DNA of 63,224 bases, the filler included, from Choristocarpus tenellus KU-1152 (taxonomy: Eukaryota > Protista > Phaeophyceae), in assembly GCA_964200185.2 (NCBI GenBank). It is 13 parts of 13 records of this genome, joined end to end, with 100 filler letters (N's around TTAATTAATTAA, not from the genome) between each part and the next. Parts side by side here need not be neighbours in the genome. Positions count along the whole stretch, not along the records: positions 1 to 3,487 come from CAXNAD020019695.1; positions 3,588 to 6,606 come from CAXNAD020022899.1; positions 6,707 to 14,382 come from CAXNAD020005772.1; 10 more parts are not named here. One strand, given 5' to 3'. The position numbers were made by a program, and so were the translations under genes. Of this stretch, positions 1-12,900 are shown piece after piece. The notes under the pieces are model-generated. The model saw nothing but the letters and a program-made list of their open reading frames with translations. It did no database searches and had not been told where the DNA came from. Each line of letters starts with the position of its first letter. Position 1 is the first letter of the stretch.

Positions 1-574
1 GGGGGTACAAAATACCTGGACATCGTCAAATACTCTGAAGGCGTTACCCTCAACAGCAGTGACGAACATACAGGCAATCAATTATATCATTGAACAACAT
101 CGCCATAGGTTAACATTAAAACATGGTTCCCTACACCAAACACACAACCTAGACTCTCACAAATCTTACCGACGATTTACAGTTTCACAACGAACATGGT
201 CACAGGGTTCTCCGGTTTTATATGTTGCAAAGTTACTCGTCGAACAGATTGATTCATACTTTCGTAATGTTATACCGGTCGACAGAACCCGGCAAAAGAA
301 GGCGAATTATACGCATTCTCCTCACCCTATGTTACCAGCCCTGTTTGTCTCCTGTGTAGTGGGCTTGAATAATCTCCCCAAGTTTAATGAACTGCAAGTA
401 CTCCAACCCATCCGTCCTTTCCTCAGCCCCTGCCTCCTCCTCTGTATCCTGCCTCACTCACTCGTTCTCACCAACCTCCATAACATCCCCTGCCTCCTAA
501 CGCTCTAACACCTCCCCCCGTCGTTTTGACCCGTACTTTGCCATGTCCTTTGCGTACTCCTCCACCATCACAGA

Positions 575-2062
575 GATAACACGGGTCACAAACATTTCAT
601 CAGGCCAGACAAAAACGACACCTCCGAGCACGACCTTGACAAGTTCGGGTCCGATATGAACACCGCTTGCGAGAGAGAAGTCGCCCTTCTCCAGACCCGA
701 CCAGGAGGTGTCGTGATCACATGCACCGCCCTCGGAGACAACCTAGATTCAGATCGTCTCAAACTCCTCAAGGACGAACTCTCCGCCTTCCGTAATTTTC
801 AACTGATGAAGACACCCATAGCTGGTGGCATATCCATGCCTCTACCTTGCGTCATACCCAACCCATCAGGTGACAAAGAGGAACAAGTTAATGCATCGCC
901 TAGCCCTGCAGTAGGTACAGGAACCAGGACTCCAACAACGGGAAGGCATACAATCACACCCTCGGTACACGACTCTAAAGGCGATGGGGACCGACCCGTT
1001 TCCAAGACTTTGTCAGATCTAGAGGAACTTGTAGAGGACGACGTGGGTGGGCGCTAAAGCACGGACTCAGAGTCCACGCTTTGGGGGAGTGTTTGGGGAA
1101 TGTCCCCAAACGCCCATTCGGTGCCCAGCGGCGGTAACGGGTCCCAAGTGCCGGGAAACCGTTACAACCACACTGTGGGCCAAACCGACAACCCCAACCA
1201 CGCCCATCCCACCTCAACCCCGAGGGACAAGCCTTCCCAGAAAGGCAAAGGAAAGGAGAAAAGGATATTTAGGAAGAAGAGGATGGTAGAAGACACCAAA
1301 GACGATGGGGACCAACTTTTTTCCAACGCTTTCTCAGCTCCAGAGGAACTTGTAGAGGAGGACGTGAGTGGGCGTTCAGGCATCGACTCAGAGTCCACGC
1401 CTTGGGGGAGTGACTCCGGAATGTCCTCAAGCGCCCATTCAGTGCCCAGCGGTGGTGAAGAGAGTCCAAAATGCCTGGGAACGGTTACGACCATACCCTG
1501 AGGCGAACTGAGAAACGTGCCCATGGCCATCCCACCCCACCCCCAAGGGACAGGCCAAGGGCAAAGGGAAGGAGAAAGCATTATAATTAGGAAAAAGAGG
1601 ATGCGAGAAGGTGCTGAACGGACCAGTCCACTCAAACAGCCTCATGATACTGATGTGAGCGCTTCGGAACCTGCCTTCTTCATAGACGTCTTCGCTCCCA
1701 CGAAAATGGGCAGATACACCAGAAACACGTCTTCATCTGCATCGAGGTATGACGATGACGACGAAAGCCCATCTCGTGGTGCTGAGGATTGCGCCACACG
1801 GAACGCGGCCGACTCCGGCGATGCATCCGATGTGGGGATCACTGAAGCCTTCATGGAGGCGTGCGTTACCAAGCTCCTGCGGTCGGCAACGAAACTTGCT
1901 TCAGTGCAGGCTCAAATACTCACCCAGATCATCTACAACCACGGGTTCCGGATCAGCAAGGCCGATAAAGGGGCGGACACCTTCTTGTCAAGGCATACCC
2001 TAAGCTCATGGAGTGGTGGGAGAAGGGTGACGAATGCAATTTCGAGTCCGCCCACCAATTGA
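575..2062 (+). pseudogene. Disrupted ORF of about 500 codons, unknown product (possibly TE-derived), containing an internal tandem duplication of about 320 bp
   Basis: ORFs 656-1057, 1100-1501 and 1517-2062 follow each other, separated by a stop (TAA where the duplicate copy has TCA) and a frameshift. A pyrimidine tract ending in CAG lies just upstream at about 573. No recognisable domain. Confidence 0.4.
975..1603 (+). repeat. Diverged tandem duplication, unit about 320 bp (about 975-1290 and 1295-1603)
   Basis: Both copies share gatggggacc...agaggaacttgtagagga.gacgtg.gtgggcg...gactcagagtccacgc.ttgggggagtg...cgcccattc.gtgcccagcgg...aagaggatg. Confidence 0.9.
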
Positions 2063-2276
2063 AATAGGGATTCGGACGTTTCAGTTTTTGTCGAAGTACA
2101 GGTAGAGTTACAGGTATACTGACTTGTGCATCAGTGCACCTTACCTTGGTGTCCGACTACCATGTTCATACACTTTCCATTCCATTAGTTACGCATTTAG
2201 ACAGTGGTATCAGATACATTGCTACCAGTCAGAGTCGTCAGTGTATCATATATCATGCTCACATTGAGGATTAGAC

Positions 2277-2534
2277 GAGTGAAAGTATCTTAGAGGGTAC
2301 GAGTTTTGCCCTATTTGTCCATTTGGGGGTTGGTTTCTCTCGGGGTTTTATGATATTTTCCTACTCTCCAATATATCTCAGAGTAGGTAAATGTATATGT
2401 TATGAAAAGGTGTCTCCGGAACAAGGATATTGACACTTCCTAACAAACACGATAGCCAAATTTACAACGAAATTGCAGCATTGGATTTTGATCCCCAAAT
2501 GGATGCGGCTCTACCCTCTAAGATACTTTGGCTC
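2277..2534 (+). mobile_element. MITE family A, complete copy (about 260 bp)
   Basis: TIRs GAGTGAAAGTATCTTAGAGGGTA / TACCCTCTAAGATACTTTGGCTC, flanked by AGAC...AGAC. At least 8 copies in the window. Confidence 0.92.
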
Positions 2535-3131
2535 AGACCTGTGTTATTATTACTTTAGAGTAACGTGTCTGCTACAAGAATTAGACAACTAAAATATAAT
2601 ACATCAATCAAACAACTTTTCTCCATCTTCTCAGATAACATTTCCAAACAATTCGCCAGAACCTGCGATGGATACCCTGTCCTTCTCAAAGCCGCTATAC
2701 TTGAACACTATAATGCACCTCCCCCCTTCTTCTCAATATTCTACACACCATCTCATGCTTGTCCAAGTGTCGACAAACTAGAACCGATATCGTCATCCTT
2801 CGAATCTTGGAGGATCATATACCGAAGTCCACACACGATGCTCCTAAGCACGGCACCAACCCAGGACCTCTCTGGAAGTGCACCTTGAACTACTTTCAGA
2901 GAAACGTACGACAATAGATTTTGACCAATAACCACTCGTATACACCTTCAGATATCTCTCACATTACATGAGAGATATAATGCATTAACCTGAAAACAAA
3001 ACCCGACCTTTTTCCCTTCCTTCGTACCAACAATTCCAATACTAACACCCACAACCACGTCTTATTACATACTAAATCCAACACATGCACGCAAATAGAC
3101 AAGTATTACATTTCAAACCGTACATAATATA

Positions 3132-3450
3132 GAGTGAAAGTATCTCAGAGGGTACGAGTTTTGCCATGTTTGTTCCTTTGGTGCTTGGCTCCTCATTGTT
3201 TTTTTTACGACATTTTCCTACTCGAAAATATTCTGGAGTAGGTGAAGTGTATACGTTAGGGAAAGGTGTGTCTGGAACAAGGATATCGACACTTCCTAAC
3301 AAACATGGTAGGTAAAATTATATCAAAATCACAACATTGGACAATTGACACTTCCTAACAAACACAATAGGTAAAATTACATCAAAATCAGTCCATTGGA
3401 TGATTGACCCCCAAATGGACAGCGTTCTACCCTCTAAGATACTTTGACTC
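3132..3450 (+). mobile_element. MITE family A, complete copy with an internal tandem duplication of about 59 bp
   Basis: Same TIRs, flanked by TATA...TATA. The gacacttcctaacaaaca...ggtaaaatta.atcaaaatca segment occurs twice. Confidence 0.92.
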
Positions 3451-3460
3451 TATATGTCAT

Positions 3461-3487
3461 GACCCAAAGTATCTGGAGGAGGGGGGG
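3461..3487 (+). mobile_element. MITE family B terminus truncated by a contig end
   Basis: GACCCAAAGTATCTGGAGGAGGGGGGG running into the linker. Confidence 0.75.
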
Positions 3488-5444
3488 NNNNNNNNNNNNN
3501 NNNNNNNNNNNNNNNNNNNNNNNNNNNNNNNTTAATTAATTAANNNNNNNNNNNNNNNNNNNNNNNNNNNNNNNNNNNNNNNNNNNNCCGGGGGGGCCCG
3601 TCTGTCCTTGTACCTTTGGCTTGGTCGAGGTCACTTCCAAATCGTAGTGGGGCCTTCCAAAAGTGCCGCAACATTAAAAAAACAAAACATATGTGCACTT
3701 TCCGCACACCAATCCGCGTCTCGCTCATCCTCCATAAAAAGCTCCATCCTCAATTTTGATGATTGGCTGTTCTCAGCAGAACATGAAAAACTAAAAGGAT
3801 GCAAGATGCGTACTTTCTGTGTACCCTCCCAGAAACGATTGAATATTGTCGTACCTATAATAATACTGGTTGCACATGCCTATACGGCTTCAAAATGGCT
3901 GTGATGTGTGTAGTGCCAGTTGATGAGTAGAAACTTTGCTTCAATTTAGTCCCGAAAATGGTACACCTGTATACAGCCTGAGCGATTAATTGTATAAATT
4001 GGAAATGTATGTCGAATAGTGGCATCGCAATATTTGACATAGAGGTTCTGGAACCGAATCCCAGCTAGACCACTTTTCGAACTCCCTACACCGGAAGGAT
4101 AACGAAAGAATGAGAGAGGTCCAAGAACTGACCCAAGAGGGAACACAAGAGTTGAGGTGGCTGCCTGGGGAGAACACGCTATTAGTGGGGAATCAAGGAA
4201 GAATGGTTAACATAGCACATCATGTAGTGGAACATGACAAACAAAACTTGAGACATTGAAGGTTGCCTTTCACGTTACAAAAATCCTAAGAACAATGATA
4301 CAAACATCAACACCAGTCAGAGAACGTTTTTAGTGCATAGGCGTAATAATCTGTGTCAGACGCCAATTCAATAGGTAGTCGAAAGCACTATTGTCATTTT
4401 AGACATCATCACTTTCACTAAAAAGACTCTAAGTAACTTGTTTTTAGAATGACTGTGATGATCTGAGCACTTGCAATGATTAAAAGAGGTCTAAAAATAA
4501 TGGAAGGATGAAGTCGTATTGAAGGCAGGTGTCAATACGTTGTAGCGAGTCACGTTCGATTATCGTATAGTACCATCTATCATCTACAAGGCCTCTCCGT
4601 TTTGACTCGCAAGTGATTGAACTTAACGGATCACTTAAAGGATCACTAGAGTTGAATTCCAACAGGGTCTACTCTTCACGAGGAACCCGTTGGTGACCAC
4701 CCCATACTGTGATCCGTCTTGTGGGAGGATATTATTCTACCAAGTGTGTACACGTTGTCATGGTTCGTACAGGTGTATAATTGAGCGAATGCATAGATCA
4801 CTGTTCTAAATGGTAATAGGTAGGGGAATGTTATGAGTAGTGTAGACACTGTACTTCATATATTTCTACTTCTAACATTTGTATAGTGCTCGATTCAATG
4901 GCATAGTATGGTACAGAGTATTGTTTTAGAAGTACACAGCATTGGACTTGGACAATAAAAATTTAATGTAACCAGTCTTACAAGTATATTTCCCTTGAAC
5001 GCACCATCCGTGATGATGCCAATATCACCGCATCGTACCTTCTGACATGTGGAAAACGTTGATGGTGGGAGGTTTGGGATCCACAGTCATCGTGCTGGCT
5101 ACATCGTCACTTGTCAACCCAACCGACACCTTGTTCAAAACGAGATCATGCGCCCTACCTTGAAATTGGAATGTCATGTTGTATCGGCATCATCAGTCCA
5201 GCCCCTGGGTTGATTTGCACGCAGTTGTTTGAAGCAAGTACAGGAGAGGGGGATGTTTCTCAATCGGCAGGATATGACATCCTGTCTACCCCTCAGAAGT
5301 GTATTTGTACATATTTTGACCGACAGGGTGGCAACTAATGATCTTCTCCTTCAAACAGCGACAAGCAGTGACACCAAGTCAGCTTAGTAGCAAATTGACA
5401 ACATGGAAACTGTCTTCGCCACCACCCTGCTTGAAGCTGAAAAG

Positions 5445-5606
5445 GAATTTGCTAGCGTTTAGTTGCAAGCAACTTGGCAACAGGATTCAAGGATAGCTTG
5501 GTGACGCCTAGGGATGGTTAATTGAGAATTTGCTAGCGTTTAGTTGCAAGCAACTTGGCAACAGGATTCAAGGATAGCTTGGTGACGCCTAGGGATGGTT
5601 AATTGA
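5445..5606. repeat. Near-perfect tandem duplication, units 81 and 80 bp
   Basis: gaatttgctagcgtttagttgcaagcaacttggcaa(a)caggattcaaggatagcttggtgacgcctagggatggttaattga occurs twice, differing by one indel. Confidence 0.95.
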
Positions 5607-5746
5607 GGACACGCCACCCTGACTACGGTACTGATGTCTATTATCCATTATGGTTCTTCTTGTGGATGTGATGTACCCTGTTCCGTTTTCTTTCTTTTTC
5701 TCTTGCGAACTTCTATATTATCGTCCAGTAGTAGCCCATATATATA

Positions 5747-6095
5747 CTCCCTCCTCTGTCCCATAAGTCTGTTCCTTTATACATGTACCTCTTCGGGATA
5801 ACGTCCGATTTCCAAACGGATTTTTTCGTTGGATGCCTCTGAAAAGTTGACGTAAGATGAGTTATATTTGAAATATATATCCCGAAATTGTTCTGAACAT
5901 CTGGAACAGAGGTTAGGTGGGCATAGACCCACAAGAAGGCACTGAATTGGTGGATTGACGGCGTTGAGTGAAAGTAAGGAAATATATTCTGATCCTAAAA
6001 CCGTCAAGGAATCCAATGCAAAAACCCGTTTTTAAATTGGAGGTCATCCCGAATAGTTACACGCGTAAAGGAACAGACTTATGGGACAGAGGGAG
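5747..6095. mobile_element. Stowaway-like (Tc1/mariner) MITE
   Basis: TA|CTCC(CTC)CTCTGTCCCATAAGTCTGTTCCTTTA ... TAAAGGAACAGACTTATGGGACAGAGGGAG|TA. Long imperfect arms over 100 bp and a TA target duplication. Confidence 0.9.
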
Positions 6096-6139
6096 TATTA
6101 CGTTCCAAAACACAAAAGATGAGTAGTCTGTGTTTCAAC

Positions 6140-6285
6140 ACGGTCCAGACCTTCCTGTACTTTTCAAATATAACTCAGCTTACGTAACATTTTCCGAGGA
6201 ATCCAATGCAAAAATATGTTTTAAAATCGGAGGTCATCCCGAAGAGGTACGTGCACAAAGGAACAGATTTATGGGACAGAGGGAG
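6140..6285. mobile_element. Half copy (one arm) of the same Stowaway-like MITE
   Basis: ggaatccaatgcaaaaa...ggaggtcatcccgaa...aaggaacaga.ttatgggacagagggag|TA duplicates about 6008-6095. Confidence 0.85.
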
Positions 6286-6379
6286 TATACACATAAATAT
6301 TTCATTTAGTAACCACAGTTTCAACCCACTTTCGTGACGCATTCAACACCCCAGCTAACGCTGATTTGATATTTATTGT

Positions 6380-6480
6380 ATTGTTACACCCTCTGACATT
6401 TTTCAGATCTGTCAGGGAAAAACAAAAACTATATCGCAAGGACTACCAAAAATGTACCAGTTGTCGTCAATGCTAAGATA
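6380..6480 (-). repeat. Dispersed repeat family D fragment
   Basis: ccctctgacattttt...gtcagggaaaaac is the reverse complement of the gttttcattggtttccccctgacacatctgcaaaatgtcagagggcataat core seen at 21355, 39305 and 62660. Confidence 0.6.
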
Positions 6481-6498
6481 TATCTCTTTCAAACATTT

Positions 6499-6512
6499 GG
6501 GTCAAAGTATCT

Positions 6513-6547
<35 letters not shown>

Positions 6548-6606
6548 TTTTGGGGTAAAAAAACCTTTTTTTTTCTTAAATTTTAAATCCAACCAGGACC
6601 AACAAA
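6499..6606 (+). mobile_element. MITE family B terminus with a poly-G run at a contig end
   Basis: GGGTCAAAGTATCTGGGG(G)n. Confidence 0.75.
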
Positions 6607-9549
6607 NNNNNNNNNNNNNNNNNNNNNNNNNNNNNNNNNNNNNNNNNNNNTTAATTAATTAANNNNNNNNNNNNNNNNNNNNNNNNNNNNNNNNNNNNNN
6701 NNNNNNGGGGAGGGGGGGAGAGGGTGACAAATATCCAATATTGATTATTGAAGCACAACAGTAGGAGGAGTGATCATACTTATACCAAGACTGCATTTCT
6801 GTTTTCAAAATGAACAAATAAGAAAAAGAAACATCAAAAAAACAAAAATATCCCCATGTGTTAAACCTCAGCCCATAACAAGTCTCTTACATGCCAACAG
6901 CAGGCAGTTAATGACTTTTCATAAAACTGGAAGTTAACCACATCACCTCACAGGACCGGAGCCACAGGTCAGCCCACGGACTGGTTCAGTTACAGTCTCT
7001 CTGACCAGCCCCATTAAACCATGTTTCACCAGGGGTAGCCCGTAACCTAGACTAGACTGTTTAAAATATTAGACAGCCCTAGACCAGCCCTGTTAAAAGA
7101 TATTTCACCAAAGCCACCCTTCGAACCCATCCGGTTTTTAATCTCTAATGGCGCAGTAATTGTCCTGATAAGCACACCTTACCAAGGTCATCCCAAGGCA
7201 TGGTATGGTGACTTTGTCCAGTCCAGTGAAAATCCCTACCTGCTAAACTCTGTGATTCATATACACGTGACCCTAGAGCACACCTAAACTATCAACATCG
7301 ACATCCTAGGGTAGCTGACTAGGTAGGTAGGTAGGTAGGTAGGGTATTCATAGCTCCACTGTGATAAAATAAAAAAATAATACAGTGGTGTAGCATGTAA
7401 GAAGACAGACAGTTTTAACCCCAGAGCAACAAATAATAATAAACAAACTGTTGCCAATCGTCCTCACTTCAGGAGTACACTTTTCACTCTAACTACAGCT
7501 GCACCTTTCTCAAATTGTACTCAAAAATGTGTACAGAATATATTTTTTATATACAGCAGTACACGTAAGACACTGAACCATTTTTTTTTAATTTTCATAT
7601 CAATTATACAAAATGAAAAGAAACATTACAACACTTTCAGTACGGGTGTCATCAACATCCACACCAAATCACATAACACAAACCAGCACTCTGTTGGTCC
7701 TCCCTCTCCTCAATAACAATCATACCAACTGCAACCAGATTATTATCATCATATTATAGTCTTATTTTGTTCGGACTACAGTATATATATTTAAGTCCTG
7801 CCCCCCCCTCCAACCCCTCTCCCTCTTCTGATATTTTATTGTTAGAACAAAATATGAACTCCCCAACTAGATAACCTCATTTTTCTCGCCACTAGAGGAG
7901 GGTTCCTGTGATGCAGCATCACAGATGAAAATCGACCAGTTGCCATCCCGGCAGATAGAGGCCGCACCCAAATCCAATAGAGCAGACGCCTCCACCATCT
8001 CCATCGCCTCTCACACAGACACACTTCCTCAAACAAGACTGATAGCTCAAGCCGCGAGACTCCTCAGTACCTCTCCTTCTCTTGCTGCTGTAAGGGAAGC
8101 AGCACCCTTCTGTGCTAGTTATACATGCTGGACATAGTACCATTACAGCCCTATCTCTCTCGCTCTGTCTGCTCATATACACACCTCCATATTTTCTGAC
8201 ACACCTGTAGTATGAACACCCACAGTAAATGGTATAGATTTTTTTTGAACAGGCTTCTTGCCATGCCATCTTCATGTGTACTTGGACCATTGACCAAGTG
8301 TCTACTGCAACAGGAGTGATCTTTGCCTCCCCCTCCCCTGTCAAGCAGTGAAAATGTAGTGACTGAATGGAGCTATTGGTATTGTATCTTGGTAAATAAA
8401 AAGTAAACAGAACAGGAAGGAGGAAGTATTGACGGATACAAGTAGAATAGAAACTGAAGGCGGACTGACTAAAGATGTCTGAGGTCTCAACAATAAAGAA
8501 CAAATAATCAATTGCCAACAGCCTGATAGGCTACAAGGTTGACTAGGTAAAGATTGCCCCCATGGACAAGGCTAGCTCACTCCATTTTGACAAATTGCTT
8601 ACAATAATAACATAAACAACCAATCTTCCAAGCAGAGTTGGGGAACATCATTGTTACTTAACCCCCCCCTCCCCCCACCTCTCCATGCCAGAATAACATT
8701 GCATTGAATCCCATCTCCCCAACATAGTGCTCTCCAAAGAAAAAGACATCTACCATTAGTCTATACCCACAATGAAATTATTCACAATACCACAACAGTC
8801 ACCTTTCATCCTCTGTCACTATTTTCAAATCACTGCTGACCTTTTCCCTTCCAACATAGATAAGGACTCATTCCATAAAAAAGAGGTTAAGGCTACATAC
8901 TAACTCACTCACTCCCTTCCCTGCCCAGGCAACACTTCATATCGACATCCATATTTCCTCTGTACACATGATGAACAAGATTGCAGTCAACTATCCCCAA
9001 CCTTAACCCTAACCCAAATCGCCTCTACACCAGAGCAGTACCTTACAATTATCTCCAAGAACCAGAAGCACTGTATTGGTCAGTCCTCAAACAAAAAATT
9101 GAGTACAGAAGAGCCCCCACTGATGGGTCCTAGTACAAAATATGCAAGGCCAACTTCCTTCAAAGCAATAACAAAAAATCACACTGTAGTATTGGTAGAA
9201 ATAGAAAATAGTAGATGTGTTAATAGCTACCTAGATCTACAACTCAGTATATTCAATATCCATCTCGAAAAAAAATGATAATATAAACCTTACCCTACCT
9301 ACCCTATCTTCACATCACTAATACAAGGAGCACAAGCAAGCACAACTGCTCTCTTAACGACTCCACAATCTTATGAAAACCCTTACCTTTTCTTTACACC
9401 TCTCAGCACAATTGCCACTCTATTCACAACCAAAGAATCATTCGGTCAACCAAATAGCTGTCTAATCTAACCCTAACCCTGAGCAGGCAGGAACAGCACC
9501 AAAAGACTGAGAAAGTATATATATACATACATAGACACACACAAGTATA

Positions 9550-9581
<32 letters not shown>

Positions 9582-9743
9582 AGGAGTCCCAACCTATCTC
9601 TTCATAGTAGAAGAGAAGGCCTGCAAGAGATACTTCAACCTCACATTCAGGTCTAAGGTCAGTGATATCCTTGAACATGCAACCTGGCCCACAGAAGACA
9701 AAGCAAAGCACCTGCACTGTCAGCCAAATCACAATCATACAGT

Positions 9744-9984
9744 GATCCGATCCAATTTAATCAACATTATGTTAACTCAATGAAATTTCGTCTGCAATAC
9801 TTCAATACAGACAAGAAGACGCTGCTGAAAGTCTTGCTACAGTTCTTCTGCATTGAAGCATTGCAGCGAAACTCCATCGAGTTAGCGCAGTGTTGATCTG
9901 ATCGGATCTTACAGCAGCTTTTCTGCATTGAAGCATTTCAGAGAAATTTCATTGATTTGGCGTAGTGTTGGTCGGACCGGGTCG
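9744..9984. repeat. Three diverged copies of a unit of about 65 bp: one inverted (9744-9810) and two direct (9846-9908, 9920-9984)
   Basis: ttctgcattgaagcatt.cag.gaaa.t.cat.ga.tt.gcg.agtgttg.tc.ga.cgg.tc occurs twice. The reverse complement of 9744-9810 reads tctgtattgaagtattgcagacgaaatttcattgagttaacataatgttg...ggatcggatc. Confidence 0.75.
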
Positions 9985-12900
9985 CCATCTAGCTGTGACG
10001 TAGCTGATGGTACATTAGACGTTTTGCTTTCTCTTCTGTGAACTAGGTTGCACATTCAAAGATAGCAGAGACCATAGACTTGACTGCAAGATTGGAGTGT
10101 GCTTCCTCTCTTTCGTGGTCACACCTGCACATCCAGGCTGACAGCCATCCGGCATTGCGTACAGTGCTGCTTTCCACAGCTTATCACGAATGAAGGTACG
10201 TATACTGGCTACGCATGGGTGCCCACTGTACCTACGTTCTCATCGAAGGACTGGAATCCGAGGGAGGGTATCGAGTCTTCCAGCATATCCATCCCCACCA
10301 CAGTTGAATTGATTGTATCCTTAGAGGTGGACGCTTCACCTTCGACATCTTCAAGCGTTTTCATCACCCCCACAACCTGTGAGGCTTGGGCGTCCATACT
10401 CGGGAGTCTCGATGAGGAATGTTGGGTAGGTGGTGAAGTTGATACTGAACACTAGGTTCCTGGGTCGGAGAGAAGAAAGGTCGAATACCAGCCATGCTTG
10501 ATGACTCTCTCTCCGTCTTCACTCTCTATCGATTGGGGGCAACGAAGGGGCGATAGATTGTGAGGGTTTGCGTACATATATGGGAATTTCTTCAACAAGA
10601 TACTGAAATGTTGCAACTAATAATCGAAATCTGGTTTCAATCGTTCTCTCTCGTCAGTGCAGCACAAGTAGCCTGCACGATTGTCCATTTGCATGCTGTT
10701 CAATGTTGCTAGATGTGACGCCTTCACAGAAATTCGTCCCCATACTTCACACCCAGATTGGTAATGAGCCTTCCCGCACCAATTCCATGTAGGGACTGCA
10801 CCAGAGCTTCCTGGATCTAATGCCGTGATGGATACTGTATAGGAACGAATGAAGCCCTGCGTTCGTACTCCTCACAGCTTCAAACACAGGCGTATCCCAA
10901 TTTAAGGTACTAACATGAAATGTTATCCAACATGAAGCACCGCGTTTCCATGCTTCCAACATACATTATCGCGAATCACTTGCAAATAGAATATACATCG
11001 AAATATATGCCTCCCCGCGCGTCTTGCGCGCCAGGGCAAAATATATTCTAAAACGGTTTCTCCTCAACTCATCAAGCCTCACAAGACTGATTAGAGAAGA
11101 GGTTGATGGTTCAGAAACTCCTCATCCAAATCGCATATTTGAAAATGGGGTTGGGGAATTTGGTCAAAACACAGAGATCTTGGAGGATGCGGTGAGATCA
11201 CGTCGTAGCCCTACGGAATTCGTAGGCACCCAACCAGGCATCACGTACTTTCAAGTAACAACCAACAAAGGTAAGCGTCAGTAGATCGAACAAACGAGTG
11301 TGGTGGGTAGATCGTCCAGAAAACTTAAAAATCTATCAACATACTCAATCATGGGTTTTCATCGCATGACTTAGATGTACTCACCCCTAACCTCTTTTTT
11401 AGGACGCATAGATCAGGTTGGAGTTGGACGCCGTGTTCGACCCAACCGACCTTCGTTTGTTCGGTACCCCGAAGCTTGAGTGAGTTTGAAAACTCCAAGT
11501 CGAAGCAGACAGTAATGAGTGGGCGAGGGGCGTCTATGTTATCACATCTTCGGTCTATATTACTCTTTGACTTGGATGTAAGACATGCATATGACTGGTT
11601 GTCGATAAAGGCATCATGTATCGTTGTTGTATTGATGTGCTTGGACGGAACGAGACCTCGCCTCGCCGTTACTCACCACATAGAAAATATATGTTGAATT
11701 GGATTGTTGTGTTGATGGTAGAAGAGATTTCAAAACATGAAGGAGCCGATAGATTTGAAACAGCGAACAAATAGCCCCAAGTTTCATAATAACTGAACCC
11801 TTCTGAACCCTGGTGTGCAATATTTATCCATGTGGTGTGATGCTGTTATTGTGACTTGATGAGTCAGAAAATATCCAAATTTCCATGCCTTAATAGTAAT
11901 ATTGGATGGAAGTGAGTTGTTAGCTGTCTGCAACTCTACGAGTTGTTGTATTGACTAATTCTCACATAATTCACTTTGCCTGCCTAATGTTTCCAACTCC
12001 AGCATAAACCTATCTTATCCACCTTAAAGCAGTCAATTGTGTCACCTACACGTCTTCCCTCCACTACAGACAGGTAAACAACTTTTATTTTTCCACTCCA
12101 TCCTCCCATCAATTCATTTTCGACCAAAGGAAAACAGATAAGGCCAGCAGCACCAACCACACTATGCCATTCTCCACCGACAAAACACCTCCAAACCTGG
12201 ATACACAAACAACGGCAACAGACCAAGCAACGTATTGGAGGCACCAGCAGGAACACTAAGATACAAATTGGTTTATCTGCTGATGATTGAGATGTTTGAC
12301 ACCTACCTTATTCTTATCCGTGCCCCTCTCTCCTTGCTAGTCATTGTATCACTGAATTGAGGATCCTCTCATCTTTCCCTCTCTGTTGTACATGCCACTC
12401 CCTTCTTACAGACTATGACGAACGATCTAGCACTTGCATCTCTGAGGAAGAAACTCACCCCAGGAAATTTCTCCCTTTTTGCAAGTGTCAACCACCAAAA
12501 CTCACCTTCATATATGGCGTCTTTCCAAAAAAAGGCAATAGATAACCCACCAAGAAAAGGTGAGATAAACCCCCAGTGTGCAGCTTGAATTTATTGTGTA
12601 AACTTCACAACAGATGGTAGATAAATTACTGAACCCTGTTCAAACATTTCTGACAAAAAAATTGGAGTGCTTCATCGACATGCACTATTTTTCCAGGGCA
12701 CATTTTACCAAGATCAGTGACTCTTTATTGACTACAATAGAATGCTCTTGCTGTTGAAGCACGACAGTTTGTCCAAGTAAAGAGAGATTCATTTAATGAA
12801 CATTATATTTGTATCGTTCACAGTACACACCATACCCAATCTATTTTGAGCAGCAATGAGAAGTTAGTTGATCACATACACTTTCAAAGTACTTGGCAAG

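Noticed and set aside
3946-4177. PLGSVLGP resembling a LINE reverse-transcriptase motif
   Set aside because: No YADD or other RT motifs follow, so this is chance or too decayed to call.
6909-7238. Old hAT-like MITE ending gtgaaaatcccta
   Set aside because: The left TIR is too degenerate, with no 8-bp target duplication and no second copy in the window.
7919-9700. Minus-strand exon-like segments (about 9593-9683, 9047-9128 and 8204-8339)
   Set aside because: The splice-like signals are present, but the middle segment has stops and no consistent frame or domain emerged.
10020-11550. Possible spliced gene; plausible exons on both strands (plus 11024-11270 and 11403-11479; minus about 11385-11548, 10753-10834 and 10365-10525)
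   Set aside because: The models on opposite strands conflict and show no recognisable domain. It cannot be resolved without transcript data.
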